From contig CAYZIY010000007.1 in NCBI GenBank assembly GCA_964478715.1, forward strand, positions 20,220-84,219: a DNA stretch of 64,000 nucleotides, in the 5' to 3' direction. The translations under genes and the position numbers were made by a program. Below are positions 1-10,844 of the stretch, in pieces (position 1 is the first letter of the stretch; every line of letters starts with the position of its first letter). The notes under the pieces were generated by a model. The model saw only the letters and a list, made by a program, of their open reading frames with translations. It was not told the origin of the DNA and ran no database searches. Source of the DNA: an uncultured Planctomycetales bacterium. GTDB taxonomy: Bacteria > Omnitrophota > Gorgyraeia > Zapsychrales > JBDRMG01.

Positions 1-823
1 GGGAGTTTCTCAAAAGAAATTCATCCTGCCCCTCCACAGAAAAGCCTAGGGGATAAAGTCCGGTGATTTGATTGAGAGGAGCTTTTCTCAATGTGGGAAG
101 ATCCATCTCCAGATATTTTTCGTAAATTAAAGAACTTCGCTGGCGGTCGATCTCAAGAATCCTCTCGCCGATTGATTTATTAACGAAATGAGGTTTTCCT
201 AAAGGTTTGAACCCATGCCGGGATCCAAAACCGATAGTAAGATCGCCTCCTAAAACGAGACCCACAGCCGATTTCTTGAGAGATTTTTCTTGGTAGAACT
301 GAAAGGTATTTCTGAATCGAAAATTATCGCTTGCGCAACCACCAATAATGGGTAGAAGCCGTCCAAGAATTTCCTGAGTGCCTAGCAGAAAAGACATACA
401 ATTATTGACTAGGCTATCGGTGATGATTAGAGCGCATGCTCGCTTGCTATGTTCAAAATTCTTAAACATGGTTCTGGCTAAGTGAACACCGGCTGAACGC
501 TTGTCTTGATTGAGGAGATCTTCAACGCAGGCGATACCGCACTCAAAATCGTTTCCCGAGAAAGCGGCCAGCCCGATTCCTTGAAGGGTAATCATATCCG
601 CTAAAAAAAGACCGAATGTCGAGCACCCGAGAATTTTGGCTTCGGGGAAAGTTTTTCTTATAATCGGCAAGCTTTCGGAAGGATGATGATGTACTGTCGA
701 AAATAATAAGATCAGCCTGATCGACTGGTTGGAGATCCTGGATTTTGCCTCAAGAGCGGCTTCCCGAGTCGCTAGGGGGGTTCGAAGATCTTGGCTGAAT
801 CCAATTCCGACTTCTATGGGCAC
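1..823 (-). CDS. FIST-domain signalling protein, partial (3' end runs off the window start). Reverse-strand frame is open for more than 270 codons from a GTG at 823, with AAGGAG 11 nt upstream
   Basis: Own translation of the reverse strand gives ...IILLFSTVHHHPSESLPIIRKTF...GIACVEDL...ITDSLVNNCMSFLLG..., resembling FIST N/C domains. It is absent from the ORF track because no stop codon lies inside the window. Confidence 0.45.
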   Translation of the reverse strand, partial: MPIEVGIGFSQDLRTPLATREAALEAKSRISNQSIRLILLFSTVHHHPSESLPIIRKTFPEAKILGCSTFGLFLADMITLQGIGLAAFSGNDFECGIACVEDLLNQDKRSAGVHLARTMFKNFEHSKRACALIITDSLVNNCMSFLLGTQEILGRLLPIIGGCASDNFRFRNTFQFYQEKSLKKSAVGLVLGGDLTIGFGSRHGFKPLGKPHFVNKSIGERILEIDRQRSSLIYEKYLEMDLPTLRKAPLNQITGLYPLGFSVEGQDEFLLRNS

Positions 824-952
824 CGATGACAGAGCTCCTTAAAAGCATTGAAGGGGGCAAATTAATTTTTATTTTATCGACTAATAACTGGAGTGTCAAT
901 ATTTATTGTTGACCTCGAGGAGAAATGTGTTATTATTGAAGAGTTTTCAGGT

Positions 953-1010
953 TTCAGCCCGCAGATATCAGAGATTGTCAATTGAGATTTGAGGGCTGAG
1001 GGCTGAAACC
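953..1010. repeat. 13-bp inverted repeat (CAGGTTTCAGCCC ... GGGCTGAAACCTG) with a ~33-nt loop, in the divergent intergenic region between the FIST gene and tRNA-Glu
   Basis: Perfect reverse-complement arms seen directly in the sequence. Confidence 0.5.
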
Positions 1011-1025
1011 TGAACGCTTACAAAT

Positions 1026-1100
1026 GGCCCCATCGTCTAGCCCGGTCCAGGACAGATGGTTCTCAGCCATCAGACACGAGTTCAAATCTCGTTGGGGCTA
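1026..1100 (+). tRNA. tRNA-Glu (anticodon CTC)
   Basis: 7-bp acceptor stem GGCCCCA/TGGGGCT with a G-U at 1:72. Anticodon stem GATGG/CCATC with loop TTCTCAG. T-arm with TTCAAAT loop. 75 nt. Confidence 0.85.
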
Positions 1101-1148
1101 CAAAAATTTAGGAAATATCCCTCATTCTTACGGCCAGCTTTGATTTTT

Positions 1149-1997
1149 ATGCTTAAAGTTTTTCAATCAAATAAGTTAAGACTCCTTTTTGTTGTAGTTG
1201 TGCTTTCCGGATTTATTTTTTCATCAGCCGAGTATGCGCTTGCTTCCCGCAAAAAGAAATATCACATCAGCGCCAAATCGGTGATCTTTTCAGACTCTAC
1301 GCGCGTTAAACGTCTTTACGGCAAGAGGGTTCATAAGAAAATCCTGCCGGCCAGCACCGTGAAAGTAATGACCGCTTTGCTTGTTCTGGAAAATCTACCG
1401 CTTAATAAAGTGATTACTGTTAGCCGCCGGGCGACGAAAGCCCAGCCCAGCAAGATATATCTGAAACCAGGTGAAAAATATCGGGTTGCGGATCTTTTGT
1501 TGGCGATCTTGATGAAATCTGCCAATGATGCCAGCATTGTTTTGGCCGAAGCGGTGGCCGGCAGTGAGGAAAAATTTGTCGAAATGATGAATCAAAGAGC
1601 CCGCGAGCTAGGGTGCCGCAGTACAAAATTCGCCAACCCCAATGGGCTTCCTAGCAAGCAATCTCAGTATTCGACGGCTTATGATATTTATGTGATTTTT
1701 TTGCAGGCCCTGAAGCATCCTTTTTTTAAAAAGGCTTTAAACTACAAAACCATGACGATCCGCTCGACCTCCGGAAGAAAAATAAACCTCAAGGCACATA
1801 ATAAAATACTTTTTAAAAATTGGAGAAGAAAAATCTACGGAAAAACGGGATATACTCAAAAAGCCAAATCCTGTTTTGTTGGCTATATTCAAAAAGGGAA
1901 CAATACGCTGGTCATCGCGATTTTTGGTTGTGCAAGCGGGCGGCGCTGGGGCGAGATTAAACATATCGTCTCAAGCTATGGAGGGATCTCTCTTTGA
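1149..1997 (+). CDS. D-alanyl-D-alanine carboxypeptidase (peptidase S11, PBP5/6-like) with an N-terminal signal peptide
   Basis: ASTVK (SxxK) and SANDAS (SxN) motifs. The ORF-track start at 1056 would overlap tRNA-Glu, so the ATG at 1149 (MLKVFQSNKLRLLFVVVVLSGFIF, signal-like) is taken as the start. Confidence 0.8.
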   Translation: MLKVFQSNKLRLLFVVVVLSGFIFSSAEYALASRKKKYHISAKSVIFSDSTRVKRLYGKRVHKKILPASTVKVMTALLVLENLPLNKVITVSRRATKAQPSKIYLKPGEKYRVADLLLAILMKSANDASIVLAEAVAGSEEKFVEMMNQRARELGCRSTKFANPNGLPSKQSQYSTAYDIYVIFLQALKHPFFKKALNYKTMTIRSTSGRKINLKAHNKILFKNWRRKIYGKTGYTQKAKSCFVGYIQKGNNTLVIAIFGCASGRRWGEIKHIVSSYGGISL

Positions 1998-2096
1998 TCA
2001 TAGCAGTGTGCGAAACTCATTGAAAAAACAACAACTTTAGGTTAGAATAAAAACACTTTTGGGTTGATTGAAAAGACCAGTGAAGGAGGATTGAGC

Positions 2097-2474
2097 ATGA
2101 AACAGCCCTTATCCATCGATGATGATAAGAGAATTCATCCGCGTTTTAAGAGCCGATTTCGCCAGAATTATCGCATAGACTTGGGCGATATGCAGGATAT
2201 CGGTTGGTTGGTTGACTTTTCGCGTGGCGGCATGTCTTTTATCACAAACCAGGAGATCAAACAAGGACAACCTTATCATTTAAGAATTCGTAATATAGAT
2301 CAGGATAGCGTCATTCCTTGCGAAATTTTTGTTCTATGGGTTCGGCCTAATGTTTTGGAGAAAAACTGTATCTGCGGAGCCAGTATTATCACAATTGATT
2401 CCGAACAAAAAACGGACATTCTCGATAATCTCTACCAAAGCTGGAAGCAGGAATCATTAAGCCGGATATCCTAA
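2097..2474 (+). CDS. PilZ-domain protein (c-di-GMP receptor type)
   Basis: RxxxR-like HPRFKSRF and D-x-S-x-G-G (DFSRGGMSF) motifs. Strong RBS AAGGAGGattgagcATG at 2083-2099. Confidence 0.6.
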   Translation: MKQPLSIDDDKRIHPRFKSRFRQNYRIDLGDMQDIGWLVDFSRGGMSFITNQEIKQGQPYHLRIRNIDQDSVIPCEIFVLWVRPNVLEKNCICGASIITIDSEQKTDILDNLYQSWKQESLSRIS

Positions 2475-2499
2475 CCTATATGCGCCCAAAGGAGATAAA

Positions 2500-3384
2500 A
2501 TGAATAAAGGATTAAAATCGTTTTTATTTTTCGCAGCAACCTTGATCCTATGCAGTTTTTTTTCTTCGGCTCAGGGTGAAGAAGCAACGATTGATCAGCA
2601 GTTGAAAATGATTATTGAAAACCAAAAACGTATGGAACAAAGGTTAACAGTTATCGAGAATTACCAAAAAGCTTTCACGCAAAATATGGTAAAATCTCTC
2701 TCGGAGGCCATCGGGCAGAGGCCCCAGCAGCCTCAGCCGCCACAGATTGATTACGATGAAGTACATGATATCGAAATCGGATCTTCTCCTATCCAAGGAC
2801 CGAAGGATGCTAAGGTGACTATTTATGAATTTTCCGAGATCCAGTGCCCCTATTCTAAGCGATTCCACCCCATTGTCGAGGAGGTTTTAAAGACCTACCC
2901 CAAAGACGTCCGTCATGTGTTTAAACATTTTCCTTTGGGTTTCCATCCCCTGGCCAGGCCTGGGGCTAAAGCCATATTGGCTGCTGGAGAACAGGGCAAA
3001 TACTTCGAGATGCTCGATGCCCTTTTTGCGCTCGACCGCGAAAAGTTAATGGAGATTCGTAAGGTTCCGAAGGATCAGCAGATAGACAAATTTGGAGAAA
3101 TACTCCAGGACGTAGCCGAAGATCTTAAGCTCGATGTAAAAAGGTTTATGAAAGATTACAAAGATAAAGATGCTGATTGGGAAAAGGTGATTGTGCAGGA
3201 TGTGCAAAGTGCGCGCGAGGCTAATGTGCGTGGAACACCTACCTTTTTTATCAACGGACGGCTCACACGGGCTCGGACTCTGGAGCAGTTCAAGCAGGAG
3301 ATTGATAATATTATTGCAGAAAAAGAATCGCAAAAAGAAGCTAAACGTTATACCAACAAAGTCCCGAGAGGTTGCGGAGGTTAA
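2500..3384 (+). CDS. Secreted DsbA-like thioredoxin-fold protein with a CPYS (CxxS) active-site variant
   Basis: Signal peptide FLFFAATLILCSFFSSAQG. QCPYSKRFHP motif. C-terminal GTPTFFINGR typical of the DsbA family. Confidence 0.65.
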   Translation: MNKGLKSFLFFAATLILCSFFSSAQGEEATIDQQLKMIIENQKRMEQRLTVIENYQKAFTQNMVKSLSEAIGQRPQQPQPPQIDYDEVHDIEIGSSPIQGPKDAKVTIYEFSEIQCPYSKRFHPIVEEVLKTYPKDVRHVFKHFPLGFHPLARPGAKAILAAGEQGKYFEMLDALFALDREKLMEIRKVPKDQQIDKFGEILQDVAEDLKLDVKRFMKDYKDKDADWEKVIVQDVQSAREANVRGTPTFFINGRLTRARTLEQFKQEIDNIIAEKESQKEAKRYTNKVPRGCGG

Positions 3385-3402
3385 CGGGAAAGGAGAATTT
3401 TC

Positions 3403-3705
3403 ATGTCACGTCGAGGAGGAATGACAACCAGGTATTATAAAGAAACCCGCGGCTTGAAAGTTAGCGGGGGCCAGTTTGTCAAATCGGGTACGGTTTTAAC
3501 CCGTCAGGGAGATCGCTGGAAGCCGGGCCAGAATGTGACAGGTCGTATGCATTTAGCGGCTGCTTGCGATGGAGAGGTGTATTTTACAAAGAAAAAAGGC
3601 AATTACAAAAGAGCCGTGACTGTTGTTCATATCAAGCCGCTAGAGCAAAAAACCAAAGAAAACAAACTACCCAAAGCCAAAAAAGAAAAACCGAAGAAAT
3701 CTTAA
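3403..3705 (+). CDS. rpmA: Ribosomal protein bL27 homologue with a lysine-rich C-terminal extension
   Basis: GLKVSGGQFVKSGTVLTRQGDRWKPGQNVTGRMHLAAACDGEVYF aligns by eye to the L27 core [61 protein letters not shown]. No rplU next to it. Confidence 0.7.
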   Translation: MSRRGGMTTRYYKETRGLKVSGGQFVKSGTVLTRQGDRWKPGQNVTGRMHLAAACDGEVYFTKKKGNYKRAVTVVHIKPLEQKTKENKLPKAKKEKPKKS

Positions 3706-3714
3706 AACCAAATC

Positions 3715-5547
3715 ATGTGCGGAATTGTCGGATACACCGGGGACAAGCAAGCTGTCCCTGTTTTGCTTGATAGCCTAAAAAAACTGGAATATCGAGGATA
3801 TGATTCCAGCGGAATCGGGGTCATCGCATCGTCAAACGGACACATTGCTCTTCGAAAAACTCAGGGAAAGATTCAGGACCTAGTGTCCTTAATTAAAACC
3901 AAAGTTCTCCCTTCTTCTCATGTCGGTATATCCCATACGCGTTGGGCCACTCATGGCAAGCCTAGTCGCAGTAATGCCCATCCTCATTTTGACGGTTCAA
4001 GAAAATTTCTTGTTGTTCACAACGGGATTATTGAAAACTATCAAATTCTTAAAGATATTCTCAAAAAGAAAGGCCATCGCTTCTTATCGGAAACCGATAC
4101 GGAAATCATTGCGCACTTGATCGAAGATTATTATCATGGTGATCTTCTCAAGGCTGTTCGCCTGGCCATCAAAAGATTGAAAGGGGCTTTTGCCTTGGGC
4201 GTAATCTCTAGCTATCACCCTAAACAGCTTGTCGCGGCTCGCATTGGGTCTCCTCTGATTGTCGGGATTGGGAAAGACGAAAACTATATTGCTTCCGATG
4301 TTCCGGCTATTTTGGATAAAACTAAAAAGGTGATTTATTTAAAAGACGAAGAAATGGCTCTGTTGACCAAAGACAGAGTTGGTATTTATTCCTTCTCGGG
4401 GTGCGAGGTCAAGGGTAAAATTCATACTGTTAACTATCCAATCGGCTCCGCCCAAAAAGAGGGCTTTCCTCATTTTATGCTCAAAGAAATTCATGAGCAG
4501 CCCAAAGTTTTATCTTCTATGTTTTCTTCTCGGATTAAAAAAGAGCGGATTGTTTTTGATGATTTAGGTTTAAAAGAAGAGGAGATTAAGCAGATTTCTA
4601 ATATTGAGATTGTGGCCTGCGGAACAGCCTATCATGCGGGTTTAGTCGGCCGATATGCGATCGAGAAGCTTTCGGGAATTCCCGTTCATGTAGATTTTTC
4701 CAGCGAATTTCGATATCGTCAGCCCATTATTGGCAAAAAAACTTTGGTCATGGCGATCAGTCAGTCGGGAGAGACGGCCGATACTCTAGCGGCTGTTCGG
4801 GAAGCTCGGAAAAAAGGAGCAAAGATTGTCTCAATTGTCAATGTTGTTGGCTCTTCCCTCGCACGAGAATCTCAAGGTGTTCTTTATACTCATGCCGGTC
4901 CCGAAATCGGGGTGGCTTCAACAAAAGCCTATACAGCACAATTGGGAATTCTGTATTTATTGGCTATCAATCTGGGAATGGCCAAAAAAAATCTGTCTGC
5001 CGGAGAGGCTAAAGAAATTTTTAAAAAACTAAAGGCTATTCCTCAGCTTTTAGCTGAGATTTTAAAAGAAAAAAATAAAATTGCCCAGATTGCCCGGGTT
5101 AATGCTCATTTTGGTTGTTTCCTTTTCTTAGGACGCAATGTGAATTTTCCTTCGGCTTTAGAAGGGGCTTTGAAACTCAAAGAAATTTCTTACATTCCGG
5201 CTGAAGGATATGCCGCCGGAGAAATGAAACATGGACCGATTGCTCTCATTGATGAATACCGAGCGGTTGTTTGTATTGCGCCGGAATCGGAGATTTACGA
5301 GAAAATGATTTCCAATATTCAGGAAATTCGGGCGCGAAAAGGAAAAATCATTGCGATAGCCACCAAAGGCGATACGGTAATCACTCAGAATGCCAACCAG
5401 GTTATTTTTTTGCCTTTGGTTGATCCTTTGCTTTCTCCCCTGGCTGTCACTCTGCCTCTGCAATTGATTGCTTATTACATTGCTGTCAAACGGGGTTGTG
5501 ATGTAGATCAGCCCAGGAATTTGGCGAAGTCGGTAACTGTTGAATAA
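3715..5547 (+). CDS. glmS: Glutamine--fructose-6-phosphate aminotransferase
   Basis: N-terminal MCGIVGY (Ntn amidotransferase Cys1), two SIS domains, 610 aa. Confidence 0.95.
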   Translation: MCGIVGYTGDKQAVPVLLDSLKKLEYRGYDSSGIGVIASSNGHIALRKTQGKIQDLVSLIKTKVLPSSHVGISHTRWATHGKPSRSNAHPHFDGSRKFLVVHNGIIENYQILKDILKKKGHRFLSETDTEIIAHLIEDYYHGDLLKAVRLAIKRLKGAFALGVISSYHPKQLVAARIGSPLIVGIGKDENYIASDVPAILDKTKKVIYLKDEEMALLTKDRVGIYSFSGCEVKGKIHTVNYPIGSAQKEGFPHFMLKEIHEQPKVLSSMFSSRIKKERIVFDDLGLKEEEIKQISNIEIVACGTAYHAGLVGRYAIEKLSGIPVHVDFSSEFRYRQPIIGKKTLVMAISQSGETADTLAAVREARKKGAKIVSIVNVVGSSLARESQGVLYTHAGPEIGVASTKAYTAQLGILYLLAINLGMAKKNLSAGEAKEIFKKLKAIPQLLAEILKEKNKIAQIARVNAHFGCFLFLGRNVNFPSALEGALKLKEISYIPAEGYAAGEMKHGPIALIDEYRAVVCIAPESEIYEKMISNIQEIRARKGKIIAIATKGDTVITQNANQVIFLPLVDPLLSPLAVTLPLQLIAYYIAVKRGCDVDQPRNLAKSVTVE

Positions 5548-5582
5548 AGCTATCAGACGTCAGGTGTCAGCTATCAGCTGAT

Positions 5583-5612
5583 GGCTTCTGATACCTGATA
5601 CCTGATACCTGA
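5583..5612. repeat. Tandem heptamer (CTGATAC) about 4.3 copies, preceded by an ATCAGCTGAT palindrome, in the glmS-rsmI intergenic region
   Basis: Direct reading: ctgatacctgatacctgatacctgatacctga. Confidence 0.6.
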
Positions 5613-5628
5613 TACCTGAAAGCTAGAA

Positions 5629-6321
5629 ATGCTATACATCATCTCCACCCCCATCGGCAACCTGAAAGATATCACTTATCGTGCTGTTGAAACGCTAAAC
5701 CAAGTTGATTTAATTGCCGCCGAAGATACCCGCCATACAAAAATTCTATGCAAACACTATGCGATCGAAACACCTCTAACCAGCTATTTTGAACATAACA
5801 AACTCAAAAAAGCGGAGATTCTTATTGAGTGTCTCAAACAGGGCAAGGATATTGCCCTGGTCAGTGATGCCGGTACGCCGGGGATCAGTGATCCGGGATT
5901 TCATTTGATTCGCTTAGCCGGGAAGCATCATATCGCGATGACAGCTATTCCGGGGCCGGCAGCCTTGATTGTGGCTTTGACATTATCCGGGCTGCCGGCC
6001 CATTCTTTTGTTTTTCAAGGGTTTTTGCCAGTTAAAGTTGGCGCCCGACGTAAAATGATTCAACAATTCAAACAACAGGAGGGAACCATCATTTTTTATG
6101 AATCACCTCATCGCATCGTTAAAACCCTTTTTGATTTGAACGACATTCTTAGCGATCCCCTTGTTGTCGTTGCACGCGAGCTGACCAAAAAATTCGAAGA
6201 AATCCGCACAGGTAAATCCAGTGAACTGATTAAACATTTCCAAAAATCAACTCCCAAAGGAGAATTTGTCGTTCTTTTCAACAAAAATTCTAACAAAAAT
6301 TCCTCTGTCTTTTCTCCTTGA
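5629..6321 (+). CDS. rsmI: 16S rRNA (cytidine1402-2'-O)-methyltransferase, tetrapyrrole-methylase fold
   Basis: MLYIISTPIGNLKDITYRAVETL...AAEDTR N-terminus is typical of RsmI. Confidence 0.85.
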   Translation: MLYIISTPIGNLKDITYRAVETLNQVDLIAAEDTRHTKILCKHYAIETPLTSYFEHNKLKKAEILIECLKQGKDIALVSDAGTPGISDPGFHLIRLAGKHHIAMTAIPGPAALIVALTLSGLPAHSFVFQGFLPVKVGARRKMIQQFKQQEGTIIFYESPHRIVKTLFDLNDILSDPLVVVARELTKKFEEIRTGKSSELIKHFQKSTPKGEFVVLFNKNSNKNSSVFSP

Positions 6322-6364
6322 CACTCGCTTCGAAGAATGTTATATTTTCTTAAATATTAGAAAC

Positions 6365-6462
6365 CTTTAAGCTGGTCCGGCGAGGCTGGCAAGGAGTAAA
6401 AATGTTAGATTTAAAGTCAAACGATTGAGCTCACCTTTCAGAAGGGTGGGCATTTTTTATAG
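6365..6462 (+). promoter_or_regulatory. PyrR-binding attenuator: binding loop GGUCCGGCGAGGCUGG followed by an intrinsic terminator (CACCTTTCAGAAGGGTG plus T-run)
   Basis: Matches the ARUCCNGNGAGGYU PyrR RNA motif. Stem-loop plus TTTTTT sits immediately upstream of pyrR. Confidence 0.6.
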
Positions 6463-6490
6463 AATTTCGATTCCGTATCCGGAAAAATGA

Positions 6491-8010
<1,520 letters not shown>

Positions 8011-8015
8011 AATAT

Positions 8016-9296
8016 ATGGGGTTGTTAATAAAAAATGCTCTGATTGTCGACTCAGATTATTCTCAAGATCTGTCTTATGATATTTTGATTGAGAAAAAAA
8101 GCATTGTGAGAGTGGCTTCCTCTATCACGATCGGGAAACACAAAATTATGGATGCCAAGGGCAAACATGTTTTTCCGGGTTTGATTGACATGCACGCGCA
8201 TTTGCGGGAACCGGGATTTGAACATAAAGAGACAATTGAGAGTGGTTCTCGCTCGGCCGCTAAAGGAGGGTTTACTTCAGTTTGCTGTATGCCCAATACC
8301 AATCCTGTGATTGATAATCAAATGGTGATTGAAGGTATTCTCAAAGAGTCCAAACGCGTTGGCTTGATTAATATTTTTCCAATTGGGGCGGTGACCAAAC
8401 AGCAAAAAGGTCAGGAGATGACAGATCTCTTTGAGCTCAAAAAAGCAGGTTGTATTGGCATCTCCGACGATGGATATTCTGTCTTAGATAGTCAATTATT
8501 ACGCCACGCTTTAGATTATGCCCAAATGGTTGGATTGCTTCTTATTGAGCACTGCGAAGAACCGGCATTGAGTTCTTGCGGGGTTATGAACGAGGGATAT
8601 ACATCCACCCTTTTAGGACTCAAAGGTCAAGCCGCGATGGCAGAAACAGCGATTATGGCCCGCGATATCGAAATTGCCCGTTATTGTAAAACAAAAATAC
8701 ATTTTGCGCATATCAGTTTGGAGAGATCCGTTCAGTTAATAAAGGTAGCCAAAAAGCAGGGAATTTCCGTTACCTGCGAGGTCACGCCTCATCACTTTAC
8801 CCTTGATGAAGAAGCGGTAAAAAATTTCGATACCAATACCAAGGTGAATCCTCCTCTTCGCACCAAAAGTGATGTGGATGCCATCAAGGCGGCCCTTAAA
8901 GACGGCATTATCGATTGTATCGCCACGGATCATGCCCCGCATACTATTGAAGATAAAGAGGCAGAATTTGATCATGCCGCCTTTGGGGTTATCGGTTTCG
9001 AGACGGCTTTTGCCTTAGGGATTACTCAGCTCGTCAATCCCGGCATTCTCAGCTTAGTACAGTTGGCTGAGAAAATGTCTGGCCATCCGGCCGCCATTTT
9101 AGGACTCTCTGCTAAAGGGCGAATTCGTGAAGGATTTGATGCGGACCTCATTCTCGTGGATATCGATAAATCCTGGCAGGTTGATTCCGATCAATTTTTT
9201 TCAAAGGCAAGTAATTCTCCTTTTATCGGCCAAAGACTTTTTGGACAGATAGAGAAAACTATATGTAATGGAAAAGTTGTTTACTCAGTTGAATAG
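8016..9296 (+). CDS. pyrC: Dihydroorotase
   Basis: DMHAHLREPG and DHAPH metal-binding motifs. Confidence 0.9.
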   Translation: MGLLIKNALIVDSDYSQDLSYDILIEKKSIVRVASSITIGKHKIMDAKGKHVFPGLIDMHAHLREPGFEHKETIESGSRSAAKGGFTSVCCMPNTNPVIDNQMVIEGILKESKRVGLINIFPIGAVTKQQKGQEMTDLFELKKAGCIGISDDGYSVLDSQLLRHALDYAQMVGLLLIEHCEEPALSSCGVMNEGYTSTLLGLKGQAAMAETAIMARDIEIARYCKTKIHFAHISLERSVQLIKVAKKQGISVTCEVTPHHFTLDEEAVKNFDTNTKVNPPLRTKSDVDAIKAALKDGIIDCIATDHAPHTIEDKEAEFDHAAFGVIGFETAFALGITQLVNPGILSLVQLAEKMSGHPAAILGLSAKGRIREGFDADLILVDIDKSWQVDSDQFFSKASNSPFIGQRLFGQIEKTICNGKVVYSVE

Positions 9297-9366
9297 ACCG
9301 AAAATTCTATCTATAATAGACCAATCTCTATTTGATTGGTTTTTTCTTTTTGATTTATGGAAATTT

Positions 9367-9438
9367 GCGCCTGTAGCCTAATGGATAGGGCATCGGCCTC
9401 CGGCGCCGTGCGTGGTAGTTCGAATCTACCCAGGCGCA
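9367..9438 (+). tRNA. tRNA-Arg (anticodon CCG)
   Basis: Acceptor stem GCGCCTG/CAGGCGC. T-arm GGTAG-TTCGAAT-CTACC. Anticodon loop CTCCGGC with U33 and G37. 72 nt with a 4-nt variable loop. Confidence 0.8.
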
Positions 9439-9635
9439 TTATATAAGAATGTTGGTTTCCATCCCATCCTTGCTTTTGACGCAGGTGAGTTTTTTGCTAA
9501 GCTTCAGGCGGGTGGTTGATTTCTGTCAGACACATTGATTTATGCAGATAACCATTTTTCCACAGGATATACACAATTAAAAGAAATTTTATAAGTGGAG
9601 TATTAAGACCAATTATAATAATATATTAATGTAAA

Positions 9636-10127
9636 GTGGAGAATAAGAATATGTCAAAGAGATCAAACAAACAATTTTTAATATCAGTCATTGGAGGTCA
9701 TAAGATTGATCATGTAATGGAGTGTAATGCCCACCAAATTGGAAAAATAATTGCAGAAATGGGGGCAATATTGGTATGTGGTGGACTCGATGGAGCAATG
9801 AAAGCGACTGCAAAAGGGGTCAAAGAGGGGAATGGTCTATCGATAGGCCTTCTTCCGGGAATAAACAAAAAAGATGCCAATCCTTATATTGATATTGCGT
9901 TACCAACTACAATAGGTTATGCGAGAAATGCTATGGTTGCGGCTGCGGCTGACTTGATTATTGCTCTGCCCGGTAGTCATGGAACAAGATCGGAAATTTC
10001 CTATGGTTTTGTCTACAAGAAACCAATTGTAGATTTCGGAAATTGGAATGTTGAGGGAATGATAAAAGTCAAAACACTCAACGAGTTGCGGCAGTTTATT
10101 GAAGATTATATGAAAAGAAAGTGTTAA
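9636..10127 (+). CDS. TIGR00725 / LOG-SLOG family Rossmann-fold protein
   Basis: GAILVCGGLDGAMKATAKGVKEGNGLSIGLLPG...LPGSHGTRSEI pattern is typical of TIGR00725/LOG. Confidence 0.7.
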   Translation: MENKNMSKRSNKQFLISVIGGHKIDHVMECNAHQIGKIIAEMGAILVCGGLDGAMKATAKGVKEGNGLSIGLLPGINKKDANPYIDIALPTTIGYARNAMVAAAADLIIALPGSHGTRSEISYGFVYKKPIVDFGNWNVEGMIKVKTLNELRQFIEDYMKRKC

Positions 10128-10169
10128 CTTTACGAAGTTCGTTTTAAAAACTATAATAAGAACATTATC

Positions 10170-10844
10170 ATGAAAAGAAGAATCAAAATCGACAGCTCCA
10201 TTCTTTCTTTTATCATCATTTTGACCGGACTTCTTTATCAATTTCAGTGGTTTTATGCTTATGGACTACAGGTTGACGATGTTTTTGATTTTTTGGGAAT
10301 GATTTTGCTTCTTGCCGGCGTATATCTGAGAATGATCGCCCGTGGTCATAAAAAAATGCACTCTGGAAAAGGTCACGAACTTGTAATAGACGGTCCCTAC
10401 ATGGTGACGCGCAATCCCATGTATCTGGGTAGTTTTCTTTTAGGTGCGGGATTTGTCTTGATTGTCTGGCCGTGGTGGACGCTGGTCCTTTTCGGACTTT
10501 TATTTTACTGGAGATTCGAAAAACAGATAAGACTGGAGCAGAAGCATTTGCTTAAAATATTCGGAAAGGAATATGAAGATTACTGCAAACAAGTTCCTCA
10601 GATTTTCCCCGGTATTTGTATCTTATTTAAAAAGAAATTCAGTAAAGTTTTTCCATGGGAGTGCGCCTTAAATACTAAAGAGAAAAGAGGGTTGTTAGCT
10701 TGGCCGCTTCTAGCCCTTGTGCTTGAAGTGCTTCAGGAGAATATTGTTTACGGTGTAATCGACATAAGAAACGCGATGATGGTTTTCTTAAAAGCTATGA
10801 TTCTTTTTGCGATTGGCTTGGGGCTTCTTTACCGTTATGCATAA
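10170..10844 (+). CDS. Isoprenylcysteine carboxyl methyltransferase (ICMT)-family membrane methyltransferase
   Basis: Multi-TM protein with VxDGPYxxxRNPMYLG motif. Confidence 0.7.
   Translation: MKRRIKIDSSILSFIIILTGLLYQFQWFYAYGLQVDDVFDFLGMILLLAGVYLRMIARGHKKMHSGKGHELVIDGPYMVTRNPMYLGSFLLGAGFVLIVWPWWTLVLFGLLFYWRFEKQIRLEQKHLLKIFGKEYEDYCKQVPQIFPGICILFKKKFSKVFPWECALNTKEKRGLLAWPLLALVLEVLQENIVYGVIDIRNAMMVFLKAMILFAIGLGLLYRYA

Noticed and set aside
1056-1148. N-terminal extension of the carboxypeptidase ORF starting at 1056
   Set aside because: It would run through tRNA-Glu (1026-1100). The downstream ATG at 1149 gives a proper signal peptide.
3191-3770. ORFs 3191-3424 + and 3564-3770 + overlapping the dsbA-like, rpmA-like and glmS junctions
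   Set aside because: Out-of-frame overlaps with better-supported genes. No RBS. Arg/Lys-rich junk translations.
5583-5612. Possible CRISPR array
   Set aside because: Only a 7-bp unit with no spacers. No CRISPR-like repeat-spacer architecture anywhere in the window.
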